From assembly GCA_964016885.1 (NCBI GenBank), contig OZ024740.1:352656001-352720000 (forward strand): a DNA stretch of 64,000 nucleotides, given 5' to 3'. Each line of letters begins with the position of its first letter. Position 1 is the stretch's first letter. Position numbers and translations under genes: made by a program. The DNA is from Eledone cirrhosa (lineage: Eukaryota). Below the pieces are notes generated by a model. That model had not been told where the DNA came from, did no database searches, and saw only the letters and a list, made by a program, of their open reading frames with translations. Shown piece by piece: positions 14,412 to 31,500 of this stretch.

Positions 14412-16110
14412 TACCTATCCAACTGCATAATAGGCAGCATGGATGTGGTGTCACTGTACCCATCCATTAACATTGATTTTGCTGTGAAAAGATGTGTGGA
14501 GATGATCATTGAGAGTGAGGTGGAGTTCTGCGACGTCGATACAGACGAACTGGGCCTCCTACTTAGACTTACCTACGACACTGACTACCTAGACAGCCAT
14601 GACCTTAGACGTTTCTGCCCTAGTAGACCTATAAGAGGGAGACCCCCCACCATAACCTCAATGGCAAAAGAGACTCCCATAGGAAGGTGGATTGGGTGGA
14701 CCAAAGCTATACGGACCCCCCAAAACAATGATCAGGTAAGAAAAATGGTCGCACATGCAATAGGGACTAGTATCAAAACTACCCTAAAGGGCCACATATT
14801 TAAGTTCAACGAGAAGATCTACACCCAAAATGAGGGAGCAGCCATCGGCGTCAGCATAGCTGGTGATGTTGCCAACCTTTTCATGGTATGGTGGGAAAGG
14901 AGACTTAAAGATCTCCTTAATTAGAGCTCCATAGACCTCATCATGTACTCTCGTTATGTAGACGATATCAATATAGTTATAAGAACACCCCCACTAGAGA
15001 GCACTAACAAGTTTGATTTAGAACGTAGCACGATGGAAAGCATCCAGCAGATAGCTAATTCGATACACCAGAGTATAACTCTAACTATCGACTTCCCTTC
15101 CAAACACCCTAACAATAGACTACCTGTATTAGACACAGAACTCTGGATTAACACTATAGACGAGAGAGCCCAAAGTCTCCACTCACACTATGCTAAACCC
15201 ATGGCCTCCAAATACCTGATACTCAAAAACTCAGCAATGTCCAGTAGTGCTAAGTTTAATATTCTGATCGCAGATTTGGTACGAGTGATGAAGAATGTGT
15301 CCCGCATGTGCGACCCAACAGAAATGGAAAGACACATCCAACACTTCATCAACCGCATGCAGTTCTCTGGCTACAACCAAAGAGACAGAATCAGAGTATA
15401 CGAAGGAGCCATGGAGAAGTATAAGACCCTCATAGAACTGGACATGAAAGGAATTTGCCCATTATACAGGAGCAAATCATGGAATAGCTTAGATAGGGCT
15501 AGACATAAGATAGGGAAAGCCACCTCATGGTACGACAACCAGAGATACCAGAGTGTCATGTTTGTGGACGCTACCCCTGGAGGGAAATTAGCTAACCAGT
15601 GTAGAAAGGCCCTGAGAAAGACCCACTTAAAAATAAAGGTGGTAGAAAAGCCAGGAACCACCATAAAATCCCTGATCAGCAAAACCTACCCTTTTAAGAA
15701 AACCCACTGTACCAATAGGAAATGTATCATATGTAAGGTGAACCCCCGGATAAACTGTAAAACTAGAAACGTAGTCTATAGCATAAGATGTACAGAGGGT
15801 ACTTGCAGAAACATGACAACAACATACATAGGTGAGACAGCTCGTAGCATAGGTGAAAGGATAGACCAACACTGGGGGAACTAAAAGGACGAAAAAACGG
15901 GTCAGTACTATACGAACATGCTAGACAACAACATGACGGTAACATAGACAACATAGAAATTTGAATAATATCTAACATAGAAATGACTCAGCAGATAGGC
16001 AAATCAGAGAGGCCAGTGAAATAGAAATTAGAAGACCAAGGCTAAACAGAAAGAATAAATGGAATAACAACAACACCCAAACAAACAACACTGACCCAAG
16101 AGAAGTATAA
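14412..16110 (+). pseudogene. Element B RT-GIY-YIG ORF, right arm (TAG at ~14922, frameshift at ~15878)
   Basis: ORFs 14277-14924 and 14943-15884 are in the same frame, separated by a stop. Confidence 0.85.
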
Positions 16111-16345
16111 ATAAGTAAATAAAATAAAATAAATAAATAAATAAATAAATACATACACAAGCACAATAACAACAAGCACATAAACACACACTAGTCACCC
16201 ATCACACAGCAAACAAAACACTATACACACACGCAAACGCATGCGCAAAGAAGACAAAATAAAATAAACAAACAAGCAAATAAATAAATAAATATATAGA
16301 CAGACTGAATAAAAATGGCGTAGACATACAATACAACAGGAGGAA

Positions 16346-16404
16346 AATATAGCACCACTGACGATGTTGCAGATGTGCAACGAAAGATTTATGATAAACT
16401 ATAT
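16346..16404 (+). ncRNA. Minimal hammerhead motif, element B (mirror copy at ~11895-11952, minus strand)
   Basis: CTGACGA at 16358-16364; stem II gttgca-gatg-tgcaac; GAAA at 16382; near-palindromic agattt; imperfect stem I with distal atatag/ctatat. Confidence 0.65.
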
Positions 16405-16597
16405 ATATGTGTTTGTGTCTATATTGTATCTGTATTATTTTTGACCGCCGGTCAGTCAATGGCAACATTGAGGACCGAGTATATTAGATTACCGATATAA
16501 AAGACACAGAAGCGAGAGGGCGAAAACCAACCAAACAGTGAGTGTGTTCTGTTATTAATTCTGGCAATATTACACAAATATGACCCTCCCCAAGTAT

Positions 16598-16675
<78 letters not shown>

Positions 16676-17060
16676 ATACTTTGGGAGGGTCATGTTGCCA
16701 ATAGGAAACACACGCACCAGCTGTTTCACTTCAATTTATTATAATACATTTATAAATTTAGGAATTAATAAATTTCTGGTTGGTTGGTTCCACAACCAGT
16801 TAGTTGTTTATATATTGTCAAAGTTCTTTCGTCACACATTCTGTGACCTCTTCAGTGACTGGGGATTCTTTTCTTTGTTTTTGTGCCTCTCCTTTGTTCT
16901 GTCCTACGCCATTTTGTTTCTCTGTGTGTGTTGTGTGCTCAGTCTGCGCATGCGTCACATCCGGGTGTCTGTGTGTGTTTATATTCGTTTATTTATTTGT
17001 TTATTTACATGTTACCGGTTGGTTGTTTGTTCTATGTGCGTGTGTGTTTTCATTTTGTCC

Positions 17061-19926
17061 TTAATTGTAAGTTGTGATGTTGCTGTTCCACTCATATTTT
17101 CTATTTAATTTTGGTTGTAATTCTTTTATGTTTATTGCCTCTGTGATTTGTCTAAACATTGCGTCTTTTCTGTGTGTAGATTCTATTTTTATTTCTATGT
17201 TCTCTAATTTACCCTTATGTTCTATTTTAGCATGTTGGTAGAGTACAGATGATTCTTTACTATCTTGAAGGTCTCGCCAGTGTTCATTTATCCGTTCCCC
17301 TACACTACGAGCTGTCTCACTTATGTACACTATATTTTTGTCTCTACATTGTCCTTCAGTACATCTTATGCTATACACTACATTTCTAGTTTTACAGTTA
17401 ATATGGGGGGCTTATTTTACAGGTTATACATTTCTTATCTATACAGGGGCTCTTTGAAAAGGGTATGTCTTGCTAATAAGTGTTTTTACGGAGGTACCTG
17501 GTCTTTCTACTATCTTAATATTGAGTTTATGTTTATCTAGAGCCCTTCTAAATTTGTAAGCTAATTCACCTCTAGGGGTTGTATCGATGAACATTACACT
17601 CTGGTATTTATTGCTATCATACCATGAGTTTATTCTATTAGCCTTATTCCTAGTTCTTTCTATTCTATTCCAAAATTTGCTCCTATACAAGGGGCAGGTC
17701 CCATTTGTGTCATTATTTACCATTTTTTCCCATTTGGTTCTGGCTCCTCTATACACTCTGATTTTATCTCTCTGATTGTAACCAGAGAACTGCATACGGT
17801 GGATGAAGTGTTGTATGTGTCTCTCTAGTTCTTCGGGGTTGCACATGCGGGACACGTTTCTCATCACCCGTACCAAATCCGCAATCAGTATGTTGATTTT
17901 GGTATGGTCCTAAACGGCCGAGTTTCGGTGGATCAGATGTTTGGAAGTCATTGGTTTGGCATAATGGGAATGGAGGATTTGTTTTTTGTTATTAATGGTA
18001 TCTAACCAGAGCTCTGTGTCTAGTACAGGTAATCGATGGTTGGGGTGTTTACTTGGGTAGTCTATAGTAACTCTAATACTCTGGTGGATGGAGTTAGCTA
18101 TTTGCTGGATGCTTTCCATTGTGTTTTTCTCTAGTTCCTGACTGTTCTCTAGTGGGGGTGTCTTAACAACGATGTTTATATCATCAACGTAGCGGGAGTA
18201 CATTATCAGGGTTAAGGGGTTTTCTAATTGTTCTTTAAGTTTAAGTTTAAGTCTACTGTCCCACCATACCATGAATAAGTTAGCTATGTCGCCTGCAATG
18301 CTAACACCAATGGCTGCTCCTTCCTCTTGGGCATATGTTTTTCCATTAAATTTGAACATATGTTCCTTAAGGGTTAGTTTTATGCTGGCCCCTACCGCAT
18401 GTGCAATCATTTTCTTCAGTTCATCATGGTTTTCGGGTGTCCGTATGGCTCTGGTCCACCCGATTCCATCTATCTGTGTGGGTTTTCTTGGCCATTGAGG
18501 TAATGGAAGGTGGTCTGCCTCTTGCTGGTCTTGTAGGGCACAGGTTGCTAAGGTCATATGTGTCTAGGTAATTATTACTATAGGTAAGTTTAAGTAGGAG
18601 TCCCAGCTCACTGGTATCAATCCCACGGAACTCAACATTGCTCTCACTGATCATTTCTACGCATTTCTCCACAGCAAAATCCATGTCAATAGATGGATAC
18701 AGGGACACAACATCCATACTACCTATTATGCAGTTTGTTAGGTCCCTAGATCGGTTACTCTCGCCGATTCTGCTGAGGAGGTCCTCCGTGCTGTCACATA
18801 CATCTGGGGACATTTCAATGATGGGGCGTATGATCAGGGAGAAGAAGTAGGACAGTCTGTAGTTACTAGCAATTTTAGCTCCACAGACTGGCCGTGCTGG
18901 TGGTCCCGTGACAGGGTCACTGCCCGTTTTATGGTCTTTTCGAAGCCCATACAACGCCGGCACGTCATTGTTCCAGGCCTGGAATTTGTTGGCTGTCCTT
19001 TTGTTGGGCTGCATTATATTCGTCCACGTCACCATATGGGCATTGAGGGCTTTTTCTCTATCCTCATGCTCCTGTGGTGTTACCTCTCTTGTGTTAGTGA
19101 TGTGGGGTTGCATTGCCTGGATGTAGTTTGGCAGGCTGTCAACCGACATTCTGCCAGATTTGTCTGTTGGAAAGCATGCTATCTCTCCATTACGCGAGCG
19201 CTGCATGAGCTTACGCAAGTCATTTGCAGATTTTTCTCCCAGTTGCTGGGCCTCCATTCTATTATGCTTCTTGCTATACTGTTCTATAATATTTCTAAGT
19301 TCGGATCTAGCTATACTAAATTGTGCTTCTGTTTGTTCATCGACCTGCGACGGCAATTGCGTGCGTTTATTAAATGGTAAAGTCGTGGCGTGGACTCGTC
19401 GCAGGTCGAACGACTTATCGGAGGGATTATAAAAAGTAGAGTTCCAGGCTGCTGCTTTATGTGTACTAGTGCTATTGTTATTGTTAGTTGTGTTGTTTCT
19501 ATTTCTATTTCCACCAACAGCCTCATGGTTGTTTCTATGTCTCTCATTATTACTCCTGTCTCTTTCCACTGGCTCATTGTTATTATCTACTCTATTTTGT
19601 GTGTCTGTGTGTTCGTCTTGGTTATTTTCTTTGTCCATAGTCTCCTTTCTCCTTTTAATCCTATTACTTTCCCTTATTTCTGTGATTTCTGTGCTACTGT
19701 CATTACTTGTTTTCTGTGTCTCTGTGTTTGTTAAGGTTGTGGTGGTGGGGAGAGGCATTGAATGTGTGTATTGTTGTTGTTGATGTGTGCTGTTGTTGAT
19801 TTGTGTTGTTGTTGTTGTCTCCGTGTGTGTTATTATTGTTGTGTGTGTTGTTATTGTTGTTTGTGTCTGCGTGTCTGTTGTTGTTGTTTCTGAGTATGTT
19901 ATTATTGACGGTGTGTCTGTTGTTGT
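17061..19926 (-). pseudogene. Element C RT-GIY-YIG ORF (frameshifted)
   Basis: Fragments 18424-19926, 17910-18557, 17439-17876 and 17061-17378, clearly similar to the element B protein. Confidence 0.85.
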
Positions 19927-20586
19927 TATTAAGATAGTAGAAAGACCAGGTACCTCCGTAAAAACACTTATTAGCAAGACATACCCTTTTCAAAGACCCC
20001 CCTGTATAGATAAGAAATGTATAACCTGTAAAATAAGCCCCCATATTAACTGTAAAACTAGAAATGTAGTGTATAGCATAAGATGTACTGAAGGACAATG
20101 TAGAGACAAAAATATAGTGTACATAAGTGAGACAGCTCGTAGTGTAGGGGAACGGATAAATGAACACTGGCGAGACCTTCAAGATAGTAAAGAATCATCT
20201 GTACTCTACCAACATGCTAAAATAGAACATAAGGGTAAATTAGAGAACATAGAAATAAAAATAGAATCTACACACAGAAAAGACGCAATGTTTAGACAAA
20301 TCACAGAGGCAATAAACATAAAAGAATTACAACCAAAATTAAATAGAAAATATGAGTGGAACAGCAACATCACAACTTACAATTAAGGACAAAATGAAAA
20401 CACACACGCACATAGAACAAACAACCAACCGGTAACATGTAAATAAACAAATAAATAAACGAATATAAACACACACAGACACCCGGATGTGACGCATGCG
20501 CAGACTGAGAACACAACACACACACAGAAACAAAATGGCGTAGGACAGAACAAAGGAGAGGCACAAAAACAAAGAAAAGAATTCCC

Positions 20587-20630
20587 AGTCACTGAAGAGG
20601 TCACAGAATGTGTGACGAAAGAACTTTGTC
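20587..20630 (+). ncRNA. Minimal hammerhead motif, element C (mirror copy at 16817-16860, minus strand)
   Basis: gtca-CTGAAGA-g-gtcaca(gaatg)tgtgac-GAAA-gaac-tt^tg(t/a)c. Stem I gtca/tgac is intact in the left copy. Confidence 0.65.
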
Positions 20631-20837
20631 AATATATAAACAACTATCTGGTTGTGGAACCAACCAACGAACCAAAAATTTATAAATTCCTAAATTTATA
20701 AATTTATTATAATAAATTGAAGTGAAACAGCTGGTGCGTGTGTTTCTTATTGGCAACATGACCCTCCCAAAGTATAACAATATCGGTTTCAACACACGAT
20801 TTCAGATAAAGAATCTTGCTAAACAAATTAAGAAACG

Positions 20838-20894
<57 letters not shown>

Positions 20895-21070
20895 AAAATG
20901 TTCAAGACCCCGACGCGTCCAGAAATGGCCGTCGAAACGGCTTGAGCTCTGCCGGCGGGGTCTTGAACATTTTCCTATTACCCACTCTACTACCCTAAGT
21001 ATTGAGTACTCTGGTGCGTTGTTGTCCTCCTGGTTCCTTTCCACACTTCCTTCGTTATATATATATATAT

Positions 21071-26351
<5,281 letters not shown>

Positions 26352-26539
26352 ACTGGTCTCCCGGAGAAGAAGAATCGGGTGACGTGGTTAACGCAATGTC
26401 AGGAGTGGATGGTGGACACAATATATGTGACAAGAGGAGGAAAAATGAATGATTGGTGGCATTAATAAAGGAAACAGTAGTAACAGTAGATTAGGAAGAA
26501 TAAGGAGATATCACGTCTGTAGGCCAAAGGCTGGAGTGT

Positions 26540-27480
26540 ACTGGAGGGTTTTCATGCCAATCTGCCAAGTGGTCTTCTTCGACGCGGTCAAGATGTCTCT
26601 ATGTGTAGGAGCACCACTGCTGCAGGTGTGAAAGACATATTATATTATGAGTCTCTTTACTTTAGCTTTCTAGAGGTTTAGCAATTGTTAGGAAATAATT
26701 TTTTTTTTTAACTGAAGAGGAAAGACACCCCATAGTTATAATGCAGTCAAGGATGTAAGACTGCTAGGAAAGTTCGTCAATGATGACATGTATAGCAACT
26801 TTGAAAGTTCTAATTAAGTGTTGTTTACATTTGAGGGGCGGAGGAGTACAAGAATGTTTTCTTGATACGTTAAGTGATTGCCGTTGTGTTGTTGAAGGGG
26901 ACAATTTTAATATGATACAAATAGAGGGAGATGTCTAGATTGCATGTTCAAGAGGAGTGAAGAATAGTATCACCTTCATAGAAGTGGTTACTGTTGGCAT
27001 TGACAGTAAGTCGTTGATGTATAGTAGGTAGATATTGGGGGACAAGACCAAACTTTGGGGCACACCAGAGTTAATAAAGTGAGTGTCAGAGAGAGGAGGA
27101 GGGTGCGCGAGCTCCTTCAGCATGCACTTCAACGGTGCTATCTAACAGAAAGCGTCCAGTCCAAGATATAGAGACGGATGGAGACCGCTGGCAGGTAGTT
27201 TAGCGAGTAGATTCTATGTTTTACATTATTGAATGCAATAAGATTGTTTTCACCAAATTTCTCTAGAGAGAGGCATCACTGGAGTTTGACATATAAGGCT
27301 AGATCTGACTTCATGTAGTCCGTATTGGCGATTGTTTAAGTGAATGGGGGATTCAAAGTGTTGAAGAATGTGGTTGTTAATGACTGCCTCCATCACATTT
27401 GAGATGCTGAAAGTGAAAGCGGTAAGTCAATAGTTGGCTGACCAGCGGGGATACGTTTTGGAGAATGAGACACATTTCGG
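26540..27480 (-). mobile_element. Degenerate CR1/L2-like LINE RT fragment
   Basis: HFINSGVPQSLVLSPNIYLLYINDLL (RT motif B-like) with many stops. Confidence 0.65.
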
Positions 27481-28502
27481 ACAATTTTGACTATCGTAGT
27501 CGACTCCCCACTGCACCTCCATACCACTCAACGTTCACCAGGTCTATGATACAGACCTGTCAATCCTCCCAGTCCAACAGGTGAGATCTCCCAGCCACTT
27601 TGGGGTGGGTGAGAGATGGCTTCTCATGTGAAAATGGGTATAGCTTTCATTATGTAAAATCTCCCTATTTTGTCTCATTTCTCCTCGTTTTGGAGCACTT
27701 TTTTTCATGATATTCCCCGTTTGTGTTTTTAGAGGTTGGCAGGTCTGATGCTATGCTTCACTCCTATCTTATCAGAAACAGGTAGGCGTGTAACTGAAAC
27801 CATTCTCTTAGACATGTCCCCCTGCACCACACACATAACGAAGATTCAATGAACCCACACCCACCCAGTTTCCCAAGTAGTTCACTGCAACAGTTCATTG
27901 AAATTTTGATTTCTTTCTTTCTTTCTTTTTTTTTTTTTTTTTTTTTTTTCTGAATTGTAATCTCCGATGTTTAAAATACGGGTTTCCAAAGGAATTTTCA
28001 GGAAAAGAAACAACGGAATGGGTGCATGACCCAAAACTCTGCCACTGTCAGATGTTCTATTCAAAGATGCTACCCTATATCGTAAAATGTTCAGTAACAT
28101 TTTGTATGGAGTGTCAGAAAAAATAAAACGTGACTCGTGTGTTTCAAAACGACATTCTGTGGTAGATAGGGAACTAGGGGAAAAAAAAAAAAAAAAGATA
28201 TATTCCAGCTTGATAAATGAAGCATTTAAATTTAATTTAATTCTTTTACATTAACTTTAACGTTATTGTAATAATTAAAAGTAATTTATTTAGCTTTAAT
28301 TATATTGTAAGAATTAAAAATAATTAAGTTTGTTTTAAACGTAAACAAAAGAAAACTACCTCTACCCCGCAGCAAGGTTATTACGTTCATTATAAGAGTT
28401 GGCAACACCTCGTAAACATTCTCATTATAAGAAATTAGCGAATGCCATAGACTTTTGTAGATATTTGACTAGTAAAGAGTTGTATAATTTTCACTAACTT
28501 CA

Positions 28503-31500
28503 ATGATGGCTTTAATTGTAAAATCTGCTTTAATCACTGGTAGTAGTCGTGGAATCGGTCTTGAAATTGTGAAGCAACTTTTAAAGTTACCTACACCCCC
28601 TCAATACTTATTTGCTACCTGTCGTAACCCAGAAAAAGCTGAGGTAATAAATTATTTTTTCTTCTTTTACGAAAATAGTTACACGTTTTCGAACCAATAT
28701 TACTTTTTGCGATAACTTATTGATCTAAACGAAAACAAACAAAAAAGATACGAAATTCTGTTTTCTGATAGTATTTACATTCGTAATATGAACTATAAGT
28801 TGAATAAAATACAATTTATATAACGAATAAAACTATAGCACTAAAAAAAAAACGCGGGAAGACGACCCGCACCACAGGGAGCACTGGAACTTACTTCTAA
28901 TATGCTTTTCATATCAAAATAAAAGATAAAGAAATATGATATAAATCGTTACCTCTATATTAGGTAGCAGTGTATAGGCATTTTTTATTTTATATAGAAA
29001 TGACTTCTACAGGAATGGACTAGAAATGTTTCATTTGTCTGAAATCATCAGGAATATATAAATATATACATTTTTGGAGATGAATTGATGGTCGTTTTCG
29101 TTTGTTTCCCTTTTTTTTTCTTCTTTCTCTCGCTCTGGTCATATATTTTGTTGCTTTGTATTTATGAGGTTCCTAGCAATAGTTAATTGTATTTAAGTGT
29201 GTTTTGTTTTTTTAGGAATCTTATAAAAAATAATTTTAAATATATTTTATTTTCTAAAGTTCACTGTTGTATTAATAATAACATTACAAATTGTTTATAA
29301 TTCTTACAGAAAATCACTTATTATATCAACACAAGTGGATAAGTTCCTTCAGAATGAAAATATAAACAGAGCATATAAATAAATTTACAGTAGAATAACA
29401 TAACAAATATGTTTTAAATATATACATAAATAACATTACAAATGCCTCGGTAACACTACAAAGGATGATATAATGATAGATATATTCCTTCAATGCTACA
29501 ATATTAAAGAAAATGTAAAAGAAGGGGTGAACAACGGAACCAACACCAGAGCAAAAGACAGCAACGGCGCGAGTACTGGGCAACCTCTCTAATGATTTTT
29601 GAGGCAAGCCAGCACACTCGCAGCGTTGCCTCGGGTGATGGCGAGGCTGATACGCTGAAACAGCCAAGCACCCTCGCGAGATTCGCGAGTGTGTTTATAT
29701 TTCTTATTGTAACTTTATGAAGTTCTTTATTCACAGTTGTATAAATAGAGAAAAGAAAAAAGAGGGGATACCAAAACGAAAACTACCATCAATTCGCCAT
29801 TAAGTGCGACAATCGGTTGCACATCATAAGGGTCAACGGAACACTTTGAGGCAAGCCAACACGCTCACAACAATACCATTTATTTGTGTTTATATTTTCA
29901 TTCTGGCTGCAGTTTTCAGAGCAAAGTTGATATGCACGAGCTAAATCACTTTGTTTACTTATCTGGGTGTATGACCTGGTGTTTGTAGCACTATAAGCAA
30001 GTATTTTCTATCATACCCACTGTTAGTTCAAAGCCTTGTTGAGTAACGGCAACTGCGATAGTCTTTCGGGTGGACTGTAGCTAATTCAAAGAGCCCGTGT
30101 TGCATTGATTCTATCTAAGGATTACTTGAGTGTCTTGGTTGACCTCAAAACCTTGGAGGGAAAAAGTAGTTGCCTCCGTTGTAACGTGTACATGTCGTCT
30201 CACGTTGGTTTCTCTTCTCTCTCAGTTAGGTGGTCGTACGGCTGACATGACAAAAAATGCCTAGTCCCCCCTGAAGGTGGTCGTGCTGGTGATACAACAA
30301 AAAGCACCCAGTTGACCCTGTTGTTTCAGTGCCACGACAAAAAGCACCCAGTCCACACTGTAACATGGTTGGTGTTAGGAAGGGCATCAAGCTGTAGTAA
30401 CCAAGCCAAAATACAGATCCGTATGAGCATGATATTGTCTCCTGACCCGACTTGTCTCATAGCGTGACAACCTGTCTAAGCCATGCAAGCGTGGAAAATA
30501 ACGTTAAATTATGATGATGACTGATGTTTAGCCTCAGTTTAGTCCTTATTGAGAATTCCAAAGATGAAAGGTGTTCTATCCATTAACATCCTGTCGCTTT
30601 GTATATCAGGATCTATATTGTCCAATATATCATGCATTCTAAGACTATTGGTGGGATTTGATATGATACCATATGTTCAAATGTTCAATGATGATGCATA
30701 TGAAAGATTTTAGGATGTGTATCAACAAGATATCTTGTACAACAACTTACTTTTAAATGAACTAACAAAACAGTATCTACATTGTTACTTGAGCTGCTAG
30801 AAAAAGCTGCCAGATTTCTCTCATATCACACCCTACTATCTTTAAAAATGCACTGACTTCTTGAATCATGTAATCCTATTGACAGTCTACCTGAGAAAAA
30901 GATGGGATAATTATGATTGGAATGTCTTTGATCATAGGTCAGTTTAATCAGAGCTGGTATGTTGCTAATTAAAAAATAATTTGCTTGTAATTTTTTCTTT
31001 TAAATATTGGCTGATTAATATAAAATTTTAAACAAAACAAAAGTAGATGTTTTAGAAAACAATTGGTTGGGTTGGGTTGGCTTCATAGCCGTTTTTCTAA
31101 TGTAATCTAGGATATTGGTTTGCGTAGTAGTTTGGAACACATGAATTTAGTTTTACACAACTACGATAGCATAACATCATCACCATCATCATTGTTTTAT
31201 TACTGATTTCTTTGTTAGCAATGGTTGGACTTGTTATCAGAAACTGCTCAGTACTCAAGAGGAGCCACAGACCTCCAAGTGGGTTGAGGGCCTGACTCTA
31301 CCGAGTGCATTTTATCTTAGTACTTACACTAGAGAAGTTATATCTTTGACACAATTGAAGAGTCCTCCCAACCTCTCTGTTTGGTAGATTTTCTATGGCT
31401 AGTGGACCTTCTACCACCAACCATTTTACAGTGTACTGAGCGCATTTATTGTGTAGATACCAACACTAGAGAGGTTCTCATATCCATGGCAGAACTAAAT

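Larger units (their letters stand above)
11654..16602. mobile_element. Penelope-like element B, foldback insertion: minus arm ~11654-14323, plus arm ~14412-16602
   Basis: Both arms encode SMDVVSLYP, GAAIGVSIAG, YSRYVDD, LPVLDT and NVVYSIRC...YIGETARS. The arms are reverse complements with independent lesions. (TA)n at both ends. Confidence 0.92.
16671..20840. mobile_element. Penelope-like element C (relative of B), foldback insertion: long minus arm ~16671-19926, short plus arm ~19927-20840
   Basis: The minus arm encodes a Thr/Asn-rich N-terminus, PTDKSG, SMDVVSLYP, YSRYVDD and a GIY-YIG domain. The plus arm is the reverse complement of ~16671-17520. (TA)n at both ends. Confidence 0.92.

Noticed and set aside
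28995-29056. Minus-strand ctgatga...gaaac...gtc in SDR1 intron 1
   Set aside because: Stem I does not pair and stem II is weak; chance match or heavily decayed.
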